Shown one piece after another: positions 17,648 through 25,390 of a DNA stretch of 32,000 nt. The position numbers and the translations under genes are program-made. Position 1 is the stretch's first letter; every line of letters starts with the position of its first letter. Origin of the DNA: Desulfocapsa sulfexigens DSM 10523 (GTDB taxonomy: Bacteria > Desulfobacterota > Desulfobulbia > Desulfobulbales > Desulfocapsaceae); NCBI RefSeq assembly GCF_000341395.1, contig NC_020304.1, positions 2,700,001-2,732,000 of the forward strand. The letters are read 5' to 3'. Below the pieces are notes generated by a model, which ran no database searches, was not told the DNA's origin, and saw only the letters and a program-made list of their open reading frames with translations.

Positions 17648-18190
17648 AAAATTGCGAGTCAATAAAATAATAAGAATATGTCCATGACTATAATGGCTGA
17701 TATCTTCTAAATATTTTCAACATTAACAATTGGGAATTTTGCCTCTGGATTTACCCTGAATCTACTAAAGTGAATGTTGATCAAGATATACCAAAAAAGC
17801 AGCGTACTTTCTAAAAGGGGCAATATGGATACGCTGTGATAGGAAATCTGAACAGCTATAGCAAAACATTGCTGAACCAGATGGGTACTTATTGAACAAA
17901 ACCTATTCATGGGGCACTAGATGTCCGGTGTTGCCAGGAATGTAAAGTAATAGCAACCACGGACTCAAATCGTTTTCTGTCCGTGGCTAGAAATTCGGTT
18001 AACAGGAAATATCCAGTAAGCCCCCCACAAAAGTTCTTGATAAGCTTATGATGTTGGCGTTTGTTTAGGAGATTCCTTCTCACGGAAGTTAGTAAGAAAC
18101 ATTTGTCAACTGGCCTGATTCCCCCTCTGGTCGTGGAAGCAATATTGGGCCAATTGAGAATTTTGTCACCGCTACTGCCGACCGACCTAA

Positions 18191-18225
18191 CATCAAGGAA
18201 ACAATGTTTCCTTGATGTTTATTGT
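18191..18225 (+). terminator. Perfect 12-bp hairpin with a T-rich tail (terminator-like)
   Basis: CATCAAGGAAAC (18191-18202), loop AAT, GTTTCCTTGATG (18206-18217), then TTTATTGT. It lies about 140 bp upstream of the oxidoreductase gene, with no annotated gene ending nearby. Confidence 0.4.
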
Positions 18226-18358
18226 GGATTTGATTAACAAGGATACAATTCATTATAAACGTGATTCTCGGAGTTTTGAATGGACCTGATTTCGTTTTTT
18301 TGAGGCTTCTCGTTAGGATCAGATTCTGTGCAGTAAATTCTTTCAAAAATGATAAAAT

Positions 18359-19408
18359 ATGAGTGAGTTAAGAGTAGGAATTGCTGGATATGGTGTCGTC
18401 GGGAAGCGTCGTCGTGACTGTGTCGACAGGCATCCGAACATGAAGATAGTTGCTGTCTGTGATCGTACATTCGATGGTGATGGTGTCATGGATGATGGTG
18501 TACATTTTTATACTGACTATCAGAGTTTGTTGTCTGAAGATTTAGATGTTCTGATTGTTTGTTTAACCAATGACATTGCGCCAGATGTTACCGTTGCCGG
18601 ATTGGAAAAAGGTTTACATGTGTTTTGTGAAAAACCTCCAGGTCGGAGCGTGTCTGATATTGTACGAGTTATTGAAAAAGAACAAGAAAATTCACAGCTA
18701 AAGTTGATGTACGGATTTAATCATCGATACCATGATTCGGTACAGGATGCCCTTAATATTGTTCGTAGCGGTGAACTCGGCAAAGTTATTAACCTTCGTG
18801 GTGTGTATGGGAAATCGCAACTCATTACTTTCAATCAACCGGATTGGCGTACGAAACGTGAAATCGCAGGAGGGGGCGTCCTGTTGGACCAGGGAATCCA
18901 TATGGTTGACCTCATGCGTTTATTTGCTGGTGATTTTGAAGAGGTGTATAGCTTTATTGCAAACAATCATTGGGGGTTTAATGTCGAAGACAATGCTTAC
19001 GCCTTGATGCGAAGTAAAGATGGAGTCGTTGGTATGCTAAACTCTTCAGCTACTCAATGGCGGCATCGCTTCAATCTTGATATTAATCTTGAACGTGGCA
19101 CTTTAATTCTTGGGGGTATTCTGACAGGCTCTAAAAGCTATGGTGCAGAAACACTGGCTGTTATTCATGCTGATCCCGATAATGATTGTGGCGACCCCAA
19201 GGAACAACTCACCCGTTATAATCATGATCCATCGTGGGATGAAGAAATACGATTATTTGCTCATTACATTGACGCCGATTTACCGGTTAGCAGCGGTTCT
19301 TCTGATGATGCCCTGCAAACCATGAAGCTTGTTTATCGTATTTACTATGCAGATCCTGAATGGCGTAATGCTTATGATATTCCAGATCCTGATAACAATA
19401 CAGAATAA
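18359..19408 (+). CDS. Gfo/Idh/MocA-family NAD(P)-dependent sugar oxidoreductase
   Basis: 349 aa. The N-terminal Rossmann segment is LRVGIAGYGVVGKRR, followed by the conserved CEKPP motif and a C-terminal alpha/beta domain. Confidence 0.85.
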   Translation: MSELRVGIAGYGVVGKRRRDCVDRHPNMKIVAVCDRTFDGDGVMDDGVHFYTDYQSLLSEDLDVLIVCLTNDIAPDVTVAGLEKGLHVFCEKPPGRSVSDIVRVIEKEQENSQLKLMYGFNHRYHDSVQDALNIVRSGELGKVINLRGVYGKSQLITFNQPDWRTKREIAGGGVLLDQGIHMVDLMRLFAGDFEEVYSFIANNHWGFNVEDNAYALMRSKDGVVGMLNSSATQWRHRFNLDINLERGTLILGGILTGSKSYGAETLAVIHADPDNDCGDPKEQLTRYNHDPSWDEEIRLFAHYIDADLPVSSGSSDDALQTMKLVYRIYYADPEWRNAYDIPDPDNNTE

Positions 19409-19440
19409 CTCACTAATATAAATATAATTGCACTGAAATT

Positions 19441-19506
19441 ATGAATAATCTTGATCTCCTTTTGTCAAAGGATATCGCCTCCTTCTTTGACCCTTATTTT
19501 GAATAA
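19441..19506 (+). pseudogene. Truncated duplicate of the 5' end of the SIS (GmhA-like) gene
   Basis: MNNLDLLLSKDIASFFDPYFE-stop parallels MNNLDRFFSKDIGSFSDSYFKY at the start of the intact gene at 22055. It sits at the same distance after the oxidoreductase stop. Confidence 0.75.
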
Positions 19507-19642
19507 ATATTCTGGTTCTCAGAGATGAGAGTGAGGGGACATTTTTCAGGGTACAAACGATAGTGTGAAGCAATGATGCACATGATCGTTTACGAGAATT
19601 CCTATGATTTAAATCGTTATAAAGAAAACGAGGGGAAGCTTT

Positions 19643-20740
19643 ATGGAATTAGTACCACTGTTTCGAGGGGCACAGATAGGAAGCATACTAAAGTCATTGG
19701 AAAAAATTGAGGAAGATTCAGGGCTTTTTACAAATTCAGAGAAAATGAAAAAAGTGTTTCTTGACAGTGCAAATGAAGCTATTATTTGTGGTTATGGAAA
19801 AAGATTGATCCAATGGCGGAGGGGGATAAAAACTGCTATTAGACGTCACTCGCCTCAGTTATTTTACACACCTATTGGTGATACATATAGCAATGCATCG
19901 AGAATAAGGGTGAAAAATAATGTTATAGCTTTTTATCCAGAGTGGGGCCTTGTTTGTAAGTTCTGGTTAGGCACTGGAGTACGAAAGATTAATAATCTTT
20001 CCAATGAAGCAAAAGCAATTATGACTGCTGAAAGATATAACTTTTTAAAAGTGCCCAAAATCGTTCTTGATAAGTCATCTTTCCATGGTGGCCAACCTCC
20101 GGCGTTATGGTTTGAATTATTTCGAGGATATTTTCCACCAAAGGCTACTGATAACAAGTCGAAAACTGCGCTTGAATTTCTAAGGGTTATGTTTCTGTGG
20201 TATCAAGAGCACGGGATTCATTTTATTAAACCTGGAGAAGTGTCGCAAATCGATAAACGGGTAAATGTTAATTTTGAGGAGCTCCTGTCATATGGGTGGG
20301 AACCCGAGAAAGCTAACTTGATTTTACTTGCAAATAAAAGAATTGTTGAATCTCGCAAGACGTTGCCTGTATCCTATATTCATGGTGATGCAAGTGTCGG
20401 TAATTGTTTGGTTAACGAGGCGGGTGAGGTGCTGATTCTTGATTGGGAAGAGACAAGAAAAGGGTATATTGCAGAAGACGTATTTACCTTATTTCAACAT
20501 GGCGGAGTATCAGTCAGGGAATCATATGAGAAATGGCTGGCAAACATTGCCCCTAACGATGCTCACACTTTAGCGTGTGACATTCAGCTAGAAGTGTTAA
20601 GAATGTGGAAAAACCTGAATTTACAATCGATTCGAAAATACCTCGATAATATAATACCTACTGATGAGACCAATAAACGAATCGGATTAATCAAGAGTAG
20701 AGTTATCTCATCAGCAAGACAGATATGTAACAACATTTGA
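19643..20740 (+). CDS. APH/choline-kinase-like phosphotransferase (kinase fold)
   Basis: 365 aa. The catalytic-loop-like segment YIHGDASVGNCLVNEAGEVLILDWEE carries HGDxxxxN followed by a D-W-E metal-binding block. GAGGGGA RBS. Confidence 0.65.
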   Translation: MELVPLFRGAQIGSILKSLEKIEEDSGLFTNSEKMKKVFLDSANEAIICGYGKRLIQWRRGIKTAIRRHSPQLFYTPIGDTYSNASRIRVKNNVIAFYPEWGLVCKFWLGTGVRKINNLSNEAKAIMTAERYNFLKVPKIVLDKSSFHGGQPPALWFELFRGYFPPKATDNKSKTALEFLRVMFLWYQEHGIHFIKPGEVSQIDKRVNVNFEELLSYGWEPEKANLILLANKRIVESRKTLPVSYIHGDASVGNCLVNEAGEVLILDWEETRKGYIAEDVFTLFQHGGVSVRESYEKWLANIAPNDAHTLACDIQLEVLRMWKNLNLQSIRKYLDNIIPTDETNKRIGLIKSRVISSARQICNNI

Positions 20741-20752
20741 TAGGAGAAAGGT

Positions 20753-21565
20753 ATGAATAGTTTTTCTTTGAAAGAGGAAGAAATTAAGGATTTGAGCGCG
20801 TATTCTCAATTACCTGAACGACTACGGGTGAAGTGTGAACAAGTAGTTGACAAGGGAGTGGATTGTGATGTTTTTGGCGTAAGGGATAGGTTTTCAGCGA
20901 TTAAGCAAATTTTGCATGGGAGATCCCTAGGTAGGGTTATTGATCTAGGTTGTTGTTCCGGCTTTTTTTCACTATCAATGCTTGATTCTGGAATGGCTAC
21001 TAATGCAACTATGTATGATATGAATGATAGTTCCTTAGCGTTTGGGGAAAAGATAGCGAAGGCTTTAGATCTCGAAGACAATGCAGACTTTGAAAAAGAA
21101 AAAATAACTTTAGATTTTGTGCAGAAATTACAACCTGTTGATACTGTCATATGTCTAAACTTGTTACATCACGCTGGGGTGTTGTTTGATGTGGACATTG
21201 TACAATCAATCGGATGGGGGGAGTATGCTCGTAAATGGATGTTGGCACTAAAGAAGAAAGCTAATGTTTTAATACTTGGCGTTGGATTGAAAGGGAAGAA
21301 GCCGGTAAATTGGGATGTTGCACAGTTTGATCGTGCATTGGAATTCTTCAAGATAGCTGAAAGTGCTGGATGGAAAATGGTTTATGATGCTAATGTTTGG
21401 GATATAAGACGATACGGTGTGACGAAAGCCAACGGAAAGCGTACTCATGGGATCCGTTTTAATGCGCGTATCGATTTTCTTCGAAGACAGATTCAGCAGA
21501 AGTTTCATTTAAAAGATAGTGGCGAAAAACTGAACAAATATCACTTGTTTATAATGGAATTATGA
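20753..21565 (+). CDS. Class I SAM-dependent methyltransferase
   Basis: 270 aa. Motif I is RVIDLGCCSGFFSLSM, followed by an acidic residue in MYDMND and then VICLNLLHH. AGGAG RBS. It starts 12 nt after the kinase gene. Confidence 0.65.
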   Translation: MNSFSLKEEEIKDLSAYSQLPERLRVKCEQVVDKGVDCDVFGVRDRFSAIKQILHGRSLGRVIDLGCCSGFFSLSMLDSGMATNATMYDMNDSSLAFGEKIAKALDLEDNADFEKEKITLDFVQKLQPVDTVICLNLLHHAGVLFDVDIVQSIGWGEYARKWMLALKKKANVLILGVGLKGKKPVNWDVAQFDRALEFFKIAESAGWKMVYDANVWDIRRYGVTKANGKRTHGIRFNARIDFLRRQIQQKFHLKDSGEKLNKYHLFIMEL

Positions 21566-21572
21566 GTGTAAG

Positions 21573-22135
21573 AATGTTTACTTGATGTTTGTTTTCGATT
21601 TGATTAACAAGTAGACAATTCATTTTAGACGTAATTCTAAGAGGGTGCGTGCGTATTAAATTTTGTGCGACGAATCCTCAATAAATGATTAAATATAATG
21701 AATTGAGATTTGGGATAACCGGATATGGTGTTATGGAAGATGTGTGCGTTTTATAGCGCCTATCGTAGATTATTGTCTGAAAAAATTGATATCCTAATTG
21801 TTTATTTGACCAATGACATTGCCCCGGATGTTACCATTACCGGATTGGAAAAGGTTTGATCGCTTTAATCTTGATATTAACCTTGAACGTGGCACTTTGA
21901 TTCTCGGCGGTTCTTCTGACGATGCCCTGCAAAACATGAAGCTTGTTTGTCGTATTTACTTAACAGATCCTGAATGGCGTAATACTTACGATATTCCAGA
22001 TCCTGATAATAATACAGAATAACTTACTAATATAAAAATATTTACATTGAAATTATGAATAATCTTGATCGTTTTTTTTCAAAGGATATTGGCTCATTCT
22101 CTGATTCTTATTTTAAATATTTAAAACAGATTCTG
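21573..22135. repeat. Direct repeat copy B (decayed): the same segment as 18203-19515 with three internal deletions
   Basis: Blocks align to copy A at about 18203-18400, 18488-18616, 19063-19115 and 19294-19515. The intervening copy-A sequence is absent. Confidence 0.85.
21698..22022 (+). pseudogene. Remnant of a Gfo/Idh/MocA oxidoreductase gene (paralog of 18359-19408)
   Basis: It retains the start region (ATGAATTGAGATTTGGGATAACCGGATATGGTGTT vs ATGAGTGAGTTAAGAGTAGGAATTGCTGGATATGGTGTC). It also retains an internal block, NDIAPDVT.(T/A)GLEK, and the C-terminal block SSDDALQ.MKLV.RIY..DPEWRN.YDIPDPDNNTE. An in-frame stop lies right after the start, and roughly 700 bp is missing. Confidence 0.85.
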
Positions 22136-22657
22136 GATAATATTGATCTTTTAGAGGTCAAACGTTTTGTAGAAATACTACTTGATGCCAGAGAGAAAGG
22201 GAAAACAGTATTTTTTATTGGAAATGGAGGGAGTGCTTCCACTGCAAGTCATTTTGCCAATGATCTCTCCTTTGGCTGTAATGAGTACGAGAAGCCTTTC
22301 CACGTGGTAAGCTTAACAGATAATGTCTCAATATTAACCGCTCTTGGCAATGATTTTGGTTATGAAGAAATTTTTGTTCGTCAGCTAATGATTCAGAGTA
22401 AACCTGGTGATGTTCTGGTAGGCATTTCAGCCTCCGGGAATTCGCCAAATATTATAAATGCATTTAAGTATGCTTCTGATGTCGGCATCCTCAGCGTCGC
22501 ACTGACAGCGTTTGATGGCGGTAAAATGAAAGAAAATGCTGACGAAGGAATACATGTGCCCACGGATTTTAAAGAATATGGTCCTGCAGAAGATGCCCAC
22601 ATGATTCTTGATCACCTGGTGACTGCCTATTTGATGAGGGTTATCAGACTTGCCTGA
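22055..22657 (+). CDS. SIS-domain sugar-phosphate isomerase, GmhA (sedoheptulose-7-P isomerase)-like
   Basis: 200 aa. VFFIGNGGSASTASHFANDL, GISASGNSPNI and the length match single-SIS GmhA-type isomerases. Confidence 0.85.
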   Translation: MNNLDRFFSKDIGSFSDSYFKYLKQILDNIDLLEVKRFVEILLDAREKGKTVFFIGNGGSASTASHFANDLSFGCNEYEKPFHVVSLTDNVSILTALGNDFGYEEIFVRQLMIQSKPGDVLVGISASGNSPNIINAFKYASDVGILSVALTAFDGGKMKENADEGIHVPTDFKEYGPAEDAHMILDHLVTAYLMRVIRLA

Positions 22658-23411
22658 TGTTAAAGAACTTCTAGATATAGTGCAGCGTACTGTTAGGTCT
22701 TCCTGCAAGTTGCTGTGTGAATCTCAGCAACAAAATATCCGTTCCCATTCATACCTGAAATTGTTGCCCCGAGAGATGAAAGCAACTGCTGACCAGCTCT
22801 TGGAACATGAAATTCTCACTCACCTGGAGCCCCTAGGTCTACCGATTCTAAGTGAGGAGTTTGGGGAAAAAGATGGAAGATTTGAATCTGATTATAAGTT
22901 TATAGTTGATCCCCTTGATGGGACTGTAAATTTTGTTAGAGGCTTGGGCCCGGCTGCTGTTTCTATAGCGTTTTATAAAAACAATGATCCGGTTTTCGGT
23001 GTGCTTGGTCTATATCCTTCGTGCAGTCTGGCATGGGGGGGGAAGAATTTAGGTGCCTTCATCGATGGTAAACCAATACAAGTGTCCTCTATTTCAAATC
23101 CTGTCCAGGCTGTCCTGTGTACCGGCATTCCATCAAGATTCCAATTTAATAAAAAAGAGTCATCGTTGTTAATCAAAACCATAAGCCGTTACGGCAAGGT
23201 GCGGATGCTGGGTGCAGCTTCAATGTCGCTCCTTCAAGTGGCTCAAGGGACTGCCGAAGTATATACTGAAAGAGGTATCATGCTGTGGGACGTGGCTGCA
23301 GGACTGGCCATTGTTGAAGGGGCTGGTGGAGTTTTTGATGTTGGACCTGGGGAAAATCCTAATACCTTAAACGTAGTTGCCTCTAATGGGGTGATGAATA
23401 TAAATGGGTAA
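22650..23411 (+). CDS. Inositol monophosphatase / CysQ-family phosphatase
   Basis: 253 aa with a TTG start overlapping the SIS stop. It has the IMPase motifs SEE, VDPLDGTVNFVRG and LWDVAAG. Confidence 0.85.
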   Translation: MPDVKELLDIVQRTVRSSCKLLCESQQQNIRSHSYLKLLPREMKATADQLLEHEILTHLEPLGLPILSEEFGEKDGRFESDYKFIVDPLDGTVNFVRGLGPAAVSIAFYKNNDPVFGVLGLYPSCSLAWGGKNLGAFIDGKPIQVSSISNPVQAVLCTGIPSRFQFNKKESSLLIKTISRYGKVRMLGAASMSLLQVAQGTAEVYTERGIMLWDVAAGLAIVEGAGGVFDVGPGENPNTLNVVASNGVMNING

Positions 23412-23419
23412 CGAAAGTT

Positions 23420-24352
23420 ATGAATACAACAGCTAAAGTTGCGGTTTGTTCCCGCTCATTTTCCTTAAATACCGTTTTACGTGAAGAACTACTTCAACGT
23501 TATAAGAATGTAAATTTTAACGATATTGGAGCCAAGCTTGAGGGCAAAGTACTTGTTGATTTTTTACGCGGACACGATAAAGCCATTACAGCTCTTGAGG
23601 TTATCGGTGAAGAGGTGCTTTCTCAATTGCCTGAGTTGACTGTTATAAGTAAATATGGTGTTGGTCTTGATATGATAGACATGAATGCCATGAAGAAGTA
23701 CGGCATTAAACTTGGTTGGACAGGAGGGGTTAATCGGCGATCAGTTTCTGAGCTAGTAATTTCTTTTGCCATAGCATTGCTGCGGCATGTTGTTGCCGCT
23801 AACCGAGAAGTCTTATCAGGTACCTGGCGGCAGCATATGGGGGGGTATCTATCCGGTCGTACTGTCGGGATTATTGGTTGCGGATACATTGGTAAAGATC
23901 TGGTAAAAATGCTGCAACCATTTGATTGCCCCATCCTTGTGAATGATATTCTGGATTACAGTGAATTTTATGATCAATATAATGTCAAGGCAGTGTCTGT
24001 TGGAGAGCTTCTTACACAGTCTGATGTTGTAACTCTGCATGTGCCATTGGATGATTCAACTCGGAACATCCTCACTGCAGAACGTCTAGCTCTGATGAAG
24101 GCCGATGCAATATTGATAAATGCAGCCAGAGGAGGGTTGGTGGATGAACAGGCACTAAAGGAAATGCTTCAAACTGGCCGTCTCGCTGCGGCAGCGTTTG
24201 ATGTCTTTGCAGTGGAGCCGCCACAGGATCAGGAATTACTCGAGTTATCAAATTTTATCGTGACACCTCATATAGGTGGTAGTGCCCGAGAAGCTATATT
24301 GGCAATGGGCCGTGCGGCCATTGAGGGCTTGGATAATAATAATATTGTCTAA
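23420..24352 (+). CDS. D-isomer-specific 2-hydroxyacid dehydrogenase (second copy in window)
   Basis: 310 aa. GRTVGIIGCGYIGKDL, INAARGGLVDEQAL, AAFDVF and VTPHIGGS. Confidence 0.85.
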   Translation: MNTTAKVAVCSRSFSLNTVLREELLQRYKNVNFNDIGAKLEGKVLVDFLRGHDKAITALEVIGEEVLSQLPELTVISKYGVGLDMIDMNAMKKYGIKLGWTGGVNRRSVSELVISFAIALLRHVVAANREVLSGTWRQHMGGYLSGRTVGIIGCGYIGKDLVKMLQPFDCPILVNDILDYSEFYDQYNVKAVSVGELLTQSDVVTLHVPLDDSTRNILTAERLALMKADAILINAARGGLVDEQALKEMLQTGRLAAAAFDVFAVEPPQDQELLELSNFIVTPHIGGSAREAILAMGRAAIEGLDNNNIV

Positions 24353-24375
24353 ATGATTAGACGATATCAGTCAGT

Positions 24376-25329
24376 ATGAAAATTGTAGTTATCAATTCAA
24401 ATGGCCCGATGGGGAGTTCTGTTGTCGGTGCTATTGTGGAGAAATTCGGATATCTGAATGCACCGGTCCGAAATCTTGGTTTAAATAGATGTTTGCTCAG
24501 TCAAAATGAAACTGACATAGGTCGATTTAAACAAAATTTTATTAACATGTTCACTTCTCAGAGTAAGAAGATCAAGATGGGGGGAGTGAGTATGCTTGAT
24601 CGAGACTCAGGTCCTTCCTATTGTCCCATCGACAAATCCTTAATAGAGAAAGAGATATCGGATATAGAAAAGTCAGAATTTACGAGTATTTCTGATCTTT
24701 ATACCTCCTTGAGGAGTGCATATACAAAAGCAATAAAGTATAAAACAAGTAAACATGTACCAGGAAAACATATAGAATACACAACTTATTTTGATCAATA
24801 TCCCACGAAAGAGCTGTGTGATGCCTATGTTGATGAATTTAAGGACGTTACCTTCATCCACATGCATCGAAATTTTGTTGGTTGGGTTGAATCTGTTATG
24901 TCGCAGTATTTTTCGGGGTCCCACAGATGGCATATTATTCTTCTTCACGCGCTGCGCAGACGTTATGTTGACTATGAAAATAGCATAAAACATTGCCCTG
25001 GCCTGCATATCGATTTTGATTCTTTATTTAAGGAAGACCGCAATCAAGTAATAGCTGCAATAGCAGAGGAATTGTGTGAGCCAGTTCCTCTGCTAAAATG
25101 GGATAATGTTTCATATGATCTTTATGGACAATTGAGAGATTTTTCATCCACATTTACATTGGCAGATGTTGAAGGAACACATCTCTCGTCGGGTACGCGA
25201 TGGTTTATAAGATACTGTGTTGAAAAAGAGAAAATAACTCGTTTTCATGACCTTATTTTTTACGTTTTCTGCCTGTATGACGCTGCTATTTTTGTGATCA
25301 AAAAGAGGTTAAAAGCTGCGCGTTTATAG
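24376..25329 (+). CDS. Hypothetical protein, weakly sulfotransferase-like
   Basis: 317 aa. The N-terminal loop VINSNGPMGSS resembles a 5'-phosphosulfate-binding loop, and HRNFVGWVESVMS resembles the RxxxxxxxS 3'-phosphate block. There is a C-terminal hydrophobic helix. Assigned by motif-level guess only. Confidence 0.3.
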   Translation: MKIVVINSNGPMGSSVVGAIVEKFGYLNAPVRNLGLNRCLLSQNETDIGRFKQNFINMFTSQSKKIKMGGVSMLDRDSGPSYCPIDKSLIEKEISDIEKSEFTSISDLYTSLRSAYTKAIKYKTSKHVPGKHIEYTTYFDQYPTKELCDAYVDEFKDVTFIHMHRNFVGWVESVMSQYFSGSHRWHIILLHALRRRYVDYENSIKHCPGLHIDFDSLFKEDRNQVIAAIAEELCEPVPLLKWDNVSYDLYGQLRDFSSTFTLADVEGTHLSSGTRWFIRYCVEKEKITRFHDLIFYVFCLYDAAIFVIKKRLKAARL

Positions 25330-25390
25330 AAAAGAAATTACCTTTTGTGCCTGGACGATAACGTCATGATTTGGCAACCAATTTAAGTCT

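Larger units (their letters stand above)
18203..19515. repeat. Direct repeat copy A (intact): upstream region, oxidoreductase gene and the first ~22 codons of the SIS gene
   Basis: Colinear with 21573-22135, with roughly 90% identity by eye in the retained blocks. Examples are AATGTTTCCTTGATGTTT vs AATGTTTACTTGATGTTT, and TTCCAGATCCTGATAACAATACAGAATAACTCACTAATATAAA vs TTCCAGATCCTGATAATAATACAGAATAACTTACTAATATAAA. Confidence 0.85.

Noticed and set aside
17707-18346. Two minus-strand ORFs (67 and 85 aa) in the large non-coding gap
   Set aside because: They have no RBS, no recognisable motifs and odd composition. One overlaps the region duplicated upstream of the pseudogene, where its frame is not preserved.
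21813-22022. 69-aa ORF that could be called as a small gene
   Set aside because: It is an accidental in-frame fusion of three separated fragments of the decayed oxidoreductase paralog. I treated it as part of the pseudogene.
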